Virus record (IMG/VR): IMGVR_UViG_3300033233_000006
Coordinates: 1 to 64,000 of that record
Reading direction: 5' to 3' (one strand)
Length of the DNA stretch: 64,000 bases
DNA from: a virus
The notes below the pieces were generated by a model. That model did not search any database and had not been told where the DNA came from. It worked only from the letters and a program-made list of their open reading frames with translations. Both the position numbers and the translations under genes were made by a program. Positions 19,034-26,518 of the stretch are shown here, piece by piece; the stretch's first letter is position 1, and each line of letters starts with the position of its first letter.

Positions 19034-19822
19034 GTTCCACGACCCCTCTCGGTCACTCAACACGGGAACGAGGAGGAGTTGCATTTCTGACGGTCGATTC
19101 CCACGACTCGCGTAAGCCTTGGGGACGTAACGGCTTCGACTCGACGTATCTTTAAAGCTTCGCAAGATACCCTCCCCGACTCGAAATCGCCCCGACTCGC
19201 CCTTCCGGGCCTCGACTCCTCGACTCGTCTTCGAGTCGAGCCACGGGGCTCCGGTAGCGCCAGGAATGGCATCGGCATCGGCGCCGACTCACGAGCGAAG
19301 GTGAAGCGGACATCTCCGAACATCTCGAACATCTCGAAAGGTTCAACCTCGAAGGTTCACCCACCCCCCCCTCCGGGGGGTGTCTCTCGCGAAGAACGAC
19401 TCAGCGCGTCGAAGTATCTCGACGAGGCACGACGCGACGTGTCGCGTCACGAATGCGACAACGAAGGACGACGACAGGACGACGCGAAGGACGACGCGAC
19501 GAGTCACGCGTCGTTCAGGCACGACGTGTGACAGGCACGACGTGTGAACGTAACATCAGGCCCGAGCGAAGCTCGTGCCTGATGTGGAGTGGCACGCCCC
19601 CGCCCCGCTGGGGCTTCGTGCGTTAGGGGAGGGTGGGGGGTGTCCAGAAGAGGCGGAAGAGGAGGTGGACTTTCGACTTCAACATCTCAAAACCTTTGAC
19701 GCTGCGCGTCATAGACCGCCACGAAGCCCGGTCGGTGGGCCAGGTCCGGGGTGGGTAGGGCGGGCCTGATCCGGGCTACCCAGGCGGGCCATCCTTGGCA
19801 CCCGAGCTGACCGGGAAAAACC

Positions 19823-20038
19823 TCACTCCAACTCCGCGAGCCACTCGACCGCAGAGAGCGGCTCCATCCGCGAGCTTTCGCGGTAGGTCCACGTTCCGTC
19901 GGGGGAACTCTTGTTCCAGTCGCCGTCGATCAAGACGAAGAGGCCACCGCCGGGGAGCATCCGAACGATCGTGCCGAGGTCGAACTTCTTCCCGCCGAAG
20001 TGCCACACGCGAATGCGATCACCCTCGTGAAGCTCCAT
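19823..20038 (-). CDS. KOW/SH3-like protein with C-terminal tag
   Basis: LHEGDRIRV...LSAVEWLAELE. Confidence 0.8.
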   Translation of the reverse strand: MELHEGDRIRVWHFGGKKFDLGTIVRMLPGGGLFVLIDGDWNKSSPDGTWTYRESSRMEPLSAVEWLAELE

Positions 20039-20047
20039 GCCCGCGTT

Positions 20048-20266
20048 CTACCCTGCGGAGCGGGGTGCGACCCTTCGGGTCTCTATCCCGCGCTTCACCT
20101 CGGCGAGCGCCCGACGACGGGCGAACCCGAGATGCGTCTTCTCGACCCAGTCCCGTCCCTGGCAGGCCCGGCAGAGGAAGCGGGCCTTGAAGCGGAGGTC
20201 GCGTCGGAAGGGCGAACCGATCCGGCGTCGTCCGCATCGGGCGCAACGGCCAACCTGGTAGCTCAT
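20048..20266 (-). CDS. Small basic Zn-finger protein
   Basis: CARC...CRAC; coupled to upstream stop. Confidence 0.55.
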   Translation of the reverse strand: MSYQVGRCARCGRRRIGSPFRRDLRFKARFLCRACQGRDWVEKTHLGFARRRALAEVKRGIETRRVAPRSAG

Positions 20267-20460
20267 GCCAGCGCTCCGAGCAGCTCGATCGGGTCGTAAT
20301 GGCGAAGCTCGTAGTCGTTGAACCAGGAGTCCCTCGTATCGCCCTCGAAGCGGACGGTGACCCTGCCGCCGTGCTGGTAGTGGACGACGCCGATCTGTTC
20401 GAGCCGTGCCACGCCGAGGAAGATGACGATGACTCGGTCGCCGGGCTGGAAGCCGTTCAT
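20263..20460 (-). CDS. KOW/SH3-like protein with C-terminal tag
   Basis: FQPGDRVIV...YDPIELLGALA. Confidence 0.8.
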   Translation of the reverse strand: MNGFQPGDRVIVIFLGVARLEQIGVVHYQHGGRVTVRFEGDTRDSWFNDYELRHYDPIELLGALA

Positions 20461-20726
20461 GCGAGTTCCGCCAGAAGTTCGACGGGGTCGAGCAGCCGGA
20501 CGGACCTCTCCGGGACGCGGATCTCCCGGTCGTTGGCGTCGAGTCGGACGAGGAGCTTCAAGCCCTCGTCGATGACGATGCCGACGCCCGTGACGGTGCC
20601 CCGCAGATTGGGGAGGCCGCACTCCCCGCTCGCGTCTCCCTTCGCGTCCATGCACGCGACCAGGACGAGCTGCTTTCCCTTCGGATGGAGCGGGCAGAGG
20701 AGCTGGACGCGGTCGCCGATCTTCAT
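20457..20726 (-). CDS. KOW/SH3-like protein with C-terminal tag
   Basis: MKIGDRVQL...LDPVELLAELA. Confidence 0.8.
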   Translation of the reverse strand: MKIGDRVQLLCPLHPKGKQLVLVACMDAKGDASGECGLPNLRGTVTGVGIVIDEGLKLLVRLDANDREIRVPERSVRLLDPVELLAELA

Positions 20727-20968
20727 GCCAGCTCCGCCAGTAGCTCGATCACCGACACGGCTTCGAGCGTCTGGGGCGGATAGCCGGCGAGGAAGCCTCC
20801 GGCGTTGCTCCTCGGGAAGTAATCCCAGAGGACGTAGACGTAGGGCGTCCCGTCCCGGTCACGGACGAAACTGCCGGGCGACTCGTGGACGGTGCCGAAC
20901 ACGATTGACGCCTCTCGCTCGCCCCCTTTGGGGACGTAGCGAACGCGCGTTCCAGGCTCGAAATTCAT
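20723..20968 (-). CDS. KOW/SH3-like protein with C-terminal tag
   Basis: FEPGTRVRY...VSVIELLAELA. Confidence 0.8.
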   Translation of the reverse strand: MNFEPGTRVRYVPKGGEREASIVFGTVHESPGSFVRDRDGTPYVYVLWDYFPRSNAGGFLAGYPPQTLEAVSVIELLAELA

Positions 20969-21028
20969 GCCAGCTCCGCGAGTCGGGAGATCGGGTCGAG
21001 GGGCGCGATCTCCCGTCTTGAAGCTCAT
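20965..21028 (-). pseudogene. Internally deleted remnant of a tag-family gene
   Basis: MSFKTGDR joined out of frame to PLDPISRLAELA*. Confidence 0.7.
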
Positions 21029-21273
21029 TGGATAAAGTCCTCCCCGAGACCGGGAAAACCCTGAAGCCGCATCGGCTCCCCGCCGCCGAGCTGGGTGAGC
21101 CGGCTCAGCGCGTAGACGGCCCCTTCTCGAACCAAGGCGGTTGACGGCACGAGCATCGAGCCGAGCTGGCGGCTGGCTCCGCAGAAGATGCACGGATCGT
21201 CGAGGCCCATCTCGACGCGGTTGAAGGCGTGCCTCTCCGACTGGCAGACCCAGTAGAACTCCCGCTCGCTCAT
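21025..21273 (-). CDS. Small Zn-ribbon protein
   Basis: WVCQSERHAF...CIFCG. Confidence 0.65.
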   Translation of the reverse strand: MSEREFYWVCQSERHAFNRVEMGLDDPCIFCGASRQLGSMLVPSTALVREGAVYALSRLTQLGGGEPMRLQGFPGLGEDFIQ

Positions 21274-21512
21274 GCCAGCTCCGCCAGCCGATCGACGACG
21301 GAGAGCGGCTCAAGCTGCCGTTCGAGCATGATCGAGGACCGGCGTTCCTCGCCGTCGTCGAAGGCATAGTCGTCCGCGTCCCACTCGACAATGACACCGT
21401 GCGGGCCACGCTCTCCGCGCTTCAAGTCGATGACCGTGCCGATGAATGGCCGCACGCCCGGATCGGGCTCGTAGCGGACACGGTCTCCCTTGGCGAACTT
21501 CATCGGCTTCAT
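21270..21512 (-). CDS. KOW/SH3-like protein with C-terminal tag
   Basis: FAKGDRVRY...LSVVDRLAELA. Confidence 0.8.
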   Translation of the reverse strand: MKPMKFAKGDRVRYEPDPGVRPFIGTVIDLKRGERGPHGVIVEWDADDYAFDDGEERRSSIMLERQLEPLSVVDRLAELA

Positions 21513-21730
21513 GCCAACTCCGCCAAGCGCTCGACCACATCGAGAGCGCGGATCTCGTAGATGGTGAGGACTGTCTCCGGGCGGAACTCCGTCTTTGTCT
21601 GCTCGACGAGGAGTCGGATGCGCCTGCCATCGGTGGCAAGAATCCTACCGGCACAGCCAGTCCACTGTCGGTTCCACTCCGAGCGAGGCGCAACGATGCG
21701 CACGCGGTCGCCCTGCTTGAATGCGCTCAC
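21509..21730 (-). CDS. KOW/SH3-like protein with C-terminal tag
   Basis: FKQGDRVRI...LDVVERLAELA. Confidence 0.8.
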   Translation of the reverse strand: MSAFKQGDRVRIVAPRSEWNRQWTGCAGRILATDGRRIRLLVEQTKTEFRPETVLTIYEIRALDVVERLAELA

Positions 21731-21981
21731 GGCGTCTTGATCGACGCGATCTGGTCGACCACCGGGACGAGGCGCTGCAAGTACTCGATGAACATCGGCA
21801 GCTCCTCGACCATGATGTAGAAGCAGCCGCTCCCGCCCGTGTCCTGGTGGAGCGAGACGTAGGGCTCGTGTCGCGGCTCCGGGTCGTTCTCGGCGATGCC
21901 GTCGTCCAGCCGCCGGCAGAGCCGGGCCGTCGCCTTCTCGCGGTCCGGTCCCAATTTCCCGAGGTACATCGGTTCGCTCAC
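21727..21981 (-). CDS. Hypothetical protein with C-terminal tag
   Basis: Ends PVVDQIASIKTP. Confidence 0.7.
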   Translation of the reverse strand: MSEPMYLGKLGPDREKATARLCRRLDDGIAENDPEPRHEPYVSLHQDTGGSGCFYIMVEELPMFIEYLQRLVPVVDQIASIKTP

Positions 21982-22120
21982 TGGTCCGCTCCCTTCACGA
22001 GCGCGGCGCGCACCGCTTCCTCGTACCGCTTCGCCGCCGCGTCGAACGCGACCTGGGCTTCGCCGAGCCGTTCCCACGCTCGGTTCTTCTCCTGTCGGGC
22101 TTCCTCGACCGGGTCGGGGC

Positions 22121-22378
22121 TCACCGACCAAGCTCCGCGATCTGCTCGATCACGTCGCCCCGGGAGTTCTCCAGGTGCTTGACGAGGTCGTCGCAGGCCA
22201 TCGCCGCGCTCTCCAGAGCGTTCAGGACGTACTCGATGCAGTGCTGGCGTTCGCGCACGTCCTTGATCTTGCGGATGAGCTTCTTGGCCTTCTTGGAGTA
22301 GTCGTAGACCTCGTCTTGGATCTCCTCGGCGAGCCGAATGTCCTCGTCAGTAACGACACGCCGGACCTTCTTGCCCAC
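22121..22378 (-). CDS. Helical protein with C-terminal tag
   Basis: TGCAAC motif at 22400-22425; ends GDVIEQIAELGR. Confidence 0.7.
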   Translation of the reverse strand: MGKKVRRVVTDEDIRLAEEIQDEVYDYSKKAKKLIRKIKDVRERQHCIEYVLNALESAAMACDDLVKHLENSRGDVIEQIAELGR

Positions 22379-22425
22379 GGCTTCACCTCTCCGCTCCACC
22401 AACACGCGAGCACGCCGGAGTTGCA

Positions 22426-22758
22426 TCAGGCCAGCTCTGCGAGAAGCTCGGGGGCCGTAAGTGGCCGCATCGCCTCCTCGTAGAAGACCCTTGGCCGCTT
22501 CTCTTCGTCGAGCCGGACGACGCATACGGGTCCGCGGGCAACCTTGAGCGGGTCCGTCGTGACCGCCGAGAGCAGCATCATGCCCGTCTCGCAGCACGTC
22601 TGGCACGATGTACGGTTGCCATTGAGGCGGGATTCGGCGGTGATGATGTCGGTCCGGTGGCCCTTTCCGGCGCACGAGAGGCAGCGGACCGTGTCGGCGT
22701 AGGTGACCACGCCTTTCTCTCCCGAGCGCATCCGAATGCGCGTGCCGACCTCAAGCAT
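22426..22758 (-). CDS. KOW-like protein with CxxCxGxG Zn insert and C-terminal tag
   Basis: LEVGTRIRM; CLSCAGKG..CQTCCETG; LTAPELLAELA. Confidence 0.75.
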   Translation of the reverse strand: MLEVGTRIRMRSGEKGVVTYADTVRCLSCAGKGHRTDIITAESRLNGNRTSCQTCCETGMMLLSAVTTDPLKVARGPVCVVRLDEEKRPRVFYEEAMRPLTAPELLAELA

Positions 22759-22972
22759 CGTCCAGCTCGCTCACTCGCTCGACCACGTCCAGGGAACGCA
22801 ACGCGGCTCGACCAAACAGGTGCGGTGCGACGCTCGGCTTATCGAAGCGGACGCTCCACAACGCCCACGCGCGATCCTTGTTCTGAACGCCGACGACAAC
22901 GCCTCGGCGCCGGAAGTGGACCGAGAACGGATCAGTAACGACGACGCGCTCTCCGAGGACGAACGTGACCAA
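22751..22972 (-). CDS. KOW/SH3-like protein with C-terminal tag
   Basis: FVLGERVVV...LDVVERVSELDDA. Confidence 0.75.
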   Translation of the reverse strand: MVTFVLGERVVVTDPFSVHFRRRGVVVGVQNKDRAWALWSVRFDKPSVAPHLFGRAALRSLDVVERVSELDDA

Positions 22973-22973
22973 G

Positions 22974-23234
22974 CTACGTCGCCGCCGACCCGCAGCACTT
23001 CTTGTGCTTCTTGCCGCTTCCGCACAAGCACGGCTCGTTGCGCCCGACCTTGGGCGCGACGGTCGGCTTCTCGACCGGAGGTGGGCCGCCGAGCTGTGCG
23101 ACCGTCTTCGGAGCTGTTGCGGGTTTGCAGCATAGGCATTGGTTCGCCGAGTTGGCGTCCCTGTGTCGGGGGCTGGTGTAGCCGCCGCCGGTGTTCTGCC
23201 GCGACTGGATGATCTTGTCGTTCGTTCTACTCAT
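22974..23234 (-). CDS. SEC-C motif protein
   Basis: [21 protein letters not shown]. Confidence 0.85.
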   Translation of the reverse strand: MSRTNDKIIQSRQNTGGGYTSPRHRDANSANQCLCCKPATAPKTVAQLGGPPPVEKPTVAPKVGRNEPCLCGSGKKHKKCCGSAAT

Positions 23235-23317
23235 AGGCGCGTTACCTCGCTTGTCGTCTCCTCTCCTTCTACCCAGATCGCTCGGATAGAACGAAGCGAG
23301 GGAGGTAGAACGTGGGT

Positions 23318-23527
23318 GTGACCCAACCGCTCGACGACGATGCCGAGTCTTTTCCGACCAACGGGCTCACGCCGCGAGGCGTTCATCAGGCCGACCAGAT
23401 CATCGCCGCCGCGAAAGACATCGCCAACCAGGCGCTCAAGGGAAACCGTAACCCGGACGAGGCCACAGTCGAAATCTTGGAGAAGCTCCTCGAACTCCGT
23501 GACGTGGATCGGAAGCCCGAGCCGTGA
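23318..23527 (+). CDS. Hypothetical protein
   Basis: GGTAGAAC 6 nt before GTG; first gene of the rightward run. Confidence 0.65.
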   Translation: MTQPLDDDAESFPTNGLTPRGVHQADQIIAAAKDIANQALKGNRNPDEATVEILEKLLELRDVDRKPEP

Positions 23528-23727
23528 GTGACCACGAGCTGCGCGATTTCCGGGTCGGCGATCTCGTGTGGGCCGACGGCTGGAACCCGAAGGCACCCTA
23601 CCCGCGCGTTCGGAGGGTCATGGGCCACGGGTTTCTACTGATCGAGTCGCCCTACGAGATACGGACGGTCAGCGAGTTCCAGGTCTACCGCGTCGATCCG
23701 ATCGACGCGCTTGCGAGTCTCGCGTGA
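23524..23727 (+). CDS. KOW/SH3-like protein with C-terminal tag
   Basis: FRVGDLVWA...VDPIDALASLA. Confidence 0.8.
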   Translation: MSDHELRDFRVGDLVWADGWNPKAPYPRVRRVMGHGFLLIESPYEIRTVSEFQVYRVDPIDALASLA

Positions 23728-23948
23728 CCCCGGGAGACATCGTCGAGCGTCGTCAGCCGGTCTCGATCAACTCGTGCCCTTGCGTCGGATGTTGGCGTGG
23801 ACACAATCGCGGGACCGTTCGCGGCGTTCAGGAGTCGGTCGTCGCCGTACTCTTCGGGTTCGGCAAGCAGGAGTTGCTCAACGTAGACGAGCTTCGCGTT
23901 CTCGATCCGATCGAGGTACTCGGAGAGCTGCATGATCAAGAAGAGTGA
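23724..23948 (+). CDS. KOW/SH3-like protein with C-terminal tag
   Basis: TPGDIVER...LDPIEVLGELHD. Confidence 0.75.
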   Translation: MTPGDIVERRQPVSINSCPCVGCWRGHNRGTVRGVQESVVAVLFGFGKQELLNVDELRVLDPIEVLGELHDQEE

Positions 23949-24107
23949 CCCCGACGAACTCGACCCGCCGGTCAAGCACGAGCACGTCCCGACGGGTACC
24001 ACCTGTCTCAAGTGCCGCGGCATCGCCGGAGAGGACGACAAGGGCGCCTGCCACGGCAAGGGTGTGCTCTGCCAGCGGTGCGGCTTCTATCGACTGCCGA
24101 GGCCCAC

Positions 24108-24410
24108 ATGAGCGCCCCGAAGTTCGAGGTCGGCGACAGAATCGTCATCGCGTGGCGCGGCCATTTCCCACACGATGACCTCATCGTCAGCGACGGAAGG
24201 GGCGGACTCGCACGGATCAAGCTGCCTCTCAAGGCCACGGTCCGCGTTGCGCGGCGACAGGGCTCCGACGAGCGAGATCCTACCGGCGGCTGCGGGCAGT
24301 GGCTCTACCTCGCGGATCTCGACAAGGGTCCGGTCGGCTACGACGGGTGGTTCGACGAGACGGAGATCGTCTTCCTCAATCCGGTCGACACGCTGGGAGA
24401 GATACGATGA
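24108..24410 (+). CDS. KOW/SH3-like protein with C-terminal tag
   Basis: FEVGDRIVI...LNPVDTLGEIR. Confidence 0.8.
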   Translation: MSAPKFEVGDRIVIAWRGHFPHDDLIVSDGRGGLARIKLPLKATVRVARRQGSDERDPTGGCGQWLYLADLDKGPVGYDGWFDETEIVFLNPVDTLGEIR

Positions 24411-24751
24411 TCTACGAGGTCCATCTCGAAGCGAAGGTCGAACACTACGCGAGCATCGAGGCCAACTCGCCGGAGGAGGCGGCCAAGATCGCGCTGCGCG
24501 ATCACGCGATCCAGACGGTTCAGGTAACGCTTCGCCCGACCTTCTTGGAGGAGAAGGAGAAGGCCAAGAACACCGGCGAGCTGTCGATGGAGGTCATCGG
24601 CATCTGCTCCAAGTGCGACAACGGGATCGTCTCGCGTGAGATCCCCGGCCAGCCGTGGGTCTACCGCCACGACGACAATGAGCACGATCCGAAGCCCATC
24701 TGCTACCCATGTGCGATCGGGCCAGTCGAGTCGCTGGCGAGACTCGCGTGA
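24407..24751 (+). CDS. Zn-finger protein with C-terminal tag
   Basis: CSKC...CYPC; GPVESLARLA. Confidence 0.75.
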   Translation: MIYEVHLEAKVEHYASIEANSPEEAAKIALRDHAIQTVQVTLRPTFLEEKEKAKNTGELSMEVIGICSKCDNGIVSREIPGQPWVYRHDDNEHDPKPICYPCAIGPVESLARLA

Positions 24752-25089
24752 ACGACTTCGAGGCCGGAGACCGCGTCGAGATGATCGAAGTCGCGGCGGG
24801 ACGCATCGAGTTCCCCGCCACGGCGGGATTTCCGGCGCCGATCAGCGAAGACGGGCCACGTCGCGTTTACTCAGCGACCTTGAAGGGCGCGCGGGGCACC
24901 ATCTTGAAGGTTTGGCCCTTTTCGCATCCTTATCAGTTCGCGGTCGACGTTCGACTCGACGACCCGAGGCGGTGGAGCAGGACGGTCGTGGCCGACTGGT
25001 CGGACCTTCGGCTCGTTCGAGCAGCCCCGATCGTTCTTAGGCACCTCGACCCGGTCGAGAGGCTCGCCGAGCTGTCGAAGGTCGATTGA
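24748..25089 (+). CDS. KOW/SH3-like protein with C-terminal tag
   Basis: FEAGDRVEM...LDPVERLAELSKVD. Confidence 0.8.
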   Translation: MNDFEAGDRVEMIEVAAGRIEFPATAGFPAPISEDGPRRVYSATLKGARGTILKVWPFSHPYQFAVDVRLDDPRRWSRTVVADWSDLRLVRAAPIVLRHLDPVERLAELSKVD

Positions 25090-25327
25090 CCGCCCTAGTT
25101 GGCGGAGTCGGTTCGCGTGAGCGGGCGCGTCAGTCCGGTCTTGCACAGCTGACCGGCGACTCCGACGTTGTTGGTCCTGACCGCAACCACCAGCTTGTCC
25201 AGCTCATCCGGCGTGAGCTGCCGGAGCGCGTCCGTCATCATCACGGACGCCGCTCGCACCGCAGCTGCTCCCTCGTTCTTCACAGGTCACCTCGCGCGCC
25301 AGGTTACCAGACGGACGTGGTGCGGTT

Positions 25328-25708
25328 CTACTCGGGCTTCTTCTGCTTCTTCTTGCGGACGGCCTTGGGCATCTCTTTCGTCGCCTCGTTGGGTGCCGTC
25401 AGCTTTTCGACGACAGCGAGAGCGGCGATCACTTCGTCGATGGTGCCCTTGTTGGCCTTGTAGGCGGCGAGCGCGGCTTGAGCGTCGGCTTGGGCCTTTG
25501 CGATCGCAGCGCTGTGGCTGGCGAGCTTGCCCATCGCCTCGACAGCGGCCTCGACGGAGCCTTCGTTGTTCTCCACCGAGACGATGGCGTTGTGCGCGGC
25601 GATAGTCGCGTGGTGGACATCGCTCTGGATGGCCTGGGCCTGAGTCGCCGAGCAGCCGGTCGCGATGAGCGACACGGCGGCGGCGAGTGCGAGCAGGATC
25701 TTCCTCAT
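25328..25708 (-). CDS. Predicted lipoprotein
   Basis: MRKILLALAAAVSLIATG-C signal and lipobox; AGGAGG RBS. Confidence 0.75.
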   Translation of the reverse strand: MRKILLALAAAVSLIATGCSATQAQAIQSDVHHATIAAHNAIVSVENNEGSVEAAVEAMGKLASHSAAIAKAQADAQAALAAYKANKGTIDEVIAALAVVEKLTAPNEATKEMPKAVRKKKQKKPE

Positions 25709-25777
25709 GACGCCCTCCTTGGTGGTGGCGCATGATACTCCTCCGCGACGCACCCAGGTCGGTGTGCCGCTTTCCCG

Positions 25778-26518
25778 ATGGCCTTTGCTATCCTCTACGA
25801 ACCGGCTTATCCGCAGGAGGAGACGAGGGTGGCGATCGCTGCCGACACCATCATCCACACGCTCAAGGGGAACATGCGCGCGTCTCGCCTGGCTGCGACG
25901 AGCGAACCGTTCTACTGTTTCACCTGGGACGGCAAGCAGATCACCGTGGGCAAAGGCCGGCTCTCGAACCCGCGACGCGTACCGACTCTGAGAATCCTTC
26001 TCGACGACGGAACCTCGGTCCACCTCTCGTCGGAGCAGCCCATCCTGGGACGAGACGGCAACCCGCTCATCCCATCTCAGTCGCCCACCGGCGCCTCGCT
26101 CATGCCACTCTACCTCGGTAAGACGACCCACGGTTACCCGACCTACAAGCAGATGGGCGACCTCTGCAAGACGGCGGTCGCGCCCTCGGACCGAAGACGG
26201 GTAAGGCTGGTAGCTCGAATGGTTTACGAGTGGCGAACGGGCAAGGCGATCGAGACGGGGATGATCGTGCGTTACAAGGACGGAAAGCGAACGAACTGTG
26301 AGCCCGAGAACATGCGACTCGAAGGAAGACCGCACATGAAGCGGAGACAGCGGCTCCTCGGGTTGCAGTCGCGCAAGAAAGTGAAGACCGGGAACAACCA
26401 CAAGACCAACGGCTGCGCGCCGTACGACGAGGAGGATGTGTTCGACATCGACCTCTCCAGCTGCTCGAATGTAGGGGCCGGTGGTATCTTCTTGGTGACC
26501 AATGCCCCCGCTTCGTGA
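25778..26518 (+). CDS. Free-standing degenerate intein-like (Hint + HNH-like) protein
   Basis: Colinear similarity to portal intein 2 (LLDDGTSVHLS, SLMP, NHK, GIFLVTN) but lacks Cys1 and TxxH. Confidence 0.65.
   Translation: MAFAILYEPAYPQEETRVAIAADTIIHTLKGNMRASRLAATSEPFYCFTWDGKQITVGKGRLSNPRRVPTLRILLDDGTSVHLSSEQPILGRDGNPLIPSQSPTGASLMPLYLGKTTHGYPTYKQMGDLCKTAVAPSDRRRVRLVARMVYEWRTGKAIETGMIVRYKDGKRTNCEPENMRLEGRPHMKRRQRLLGLQSRKKVKTGNNHKTNGCAPYDEEDVFDIDLSSCSNVGAGGIFLVTNAPAS

Larger units (their letters stand above)
9345..19083 (-). promoter_or_regulatory. Repeated promoter-like motif TGCAAC-TC-N12-G(T/C/G)GT(C/T), 13 copies in this span
   Basis: TGCAAC begins (minus strand) at 9370, 10242, 11212, 12425, 13027, 14751, 15762, 16182, 16587, 17059, 17808, 18676, 19083; fixed 14-nt spacing; each precedes a purine-rich RBS and start codon. 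Confidence 0.85.

Noticed and set aside
19823-25089. Integron-like attC or DGR explanation for the tag arrays (CTCGAC-N3-GTCGAG palindrome in some tags)
   Set aside because: The palindrome follows from preferred codons for L-D-x-V-E and is missing in many members; genes overlap with no spacers; no integrase or reverse transcriptase in the window. Not fully excluded.
25709-26401. Upstream extension of the 357-aa minus-strand ORF
   Set aside because: Only the last 126 codons (lipoprotein with RBS) look real; the rest is antisense to the intein-like gene.
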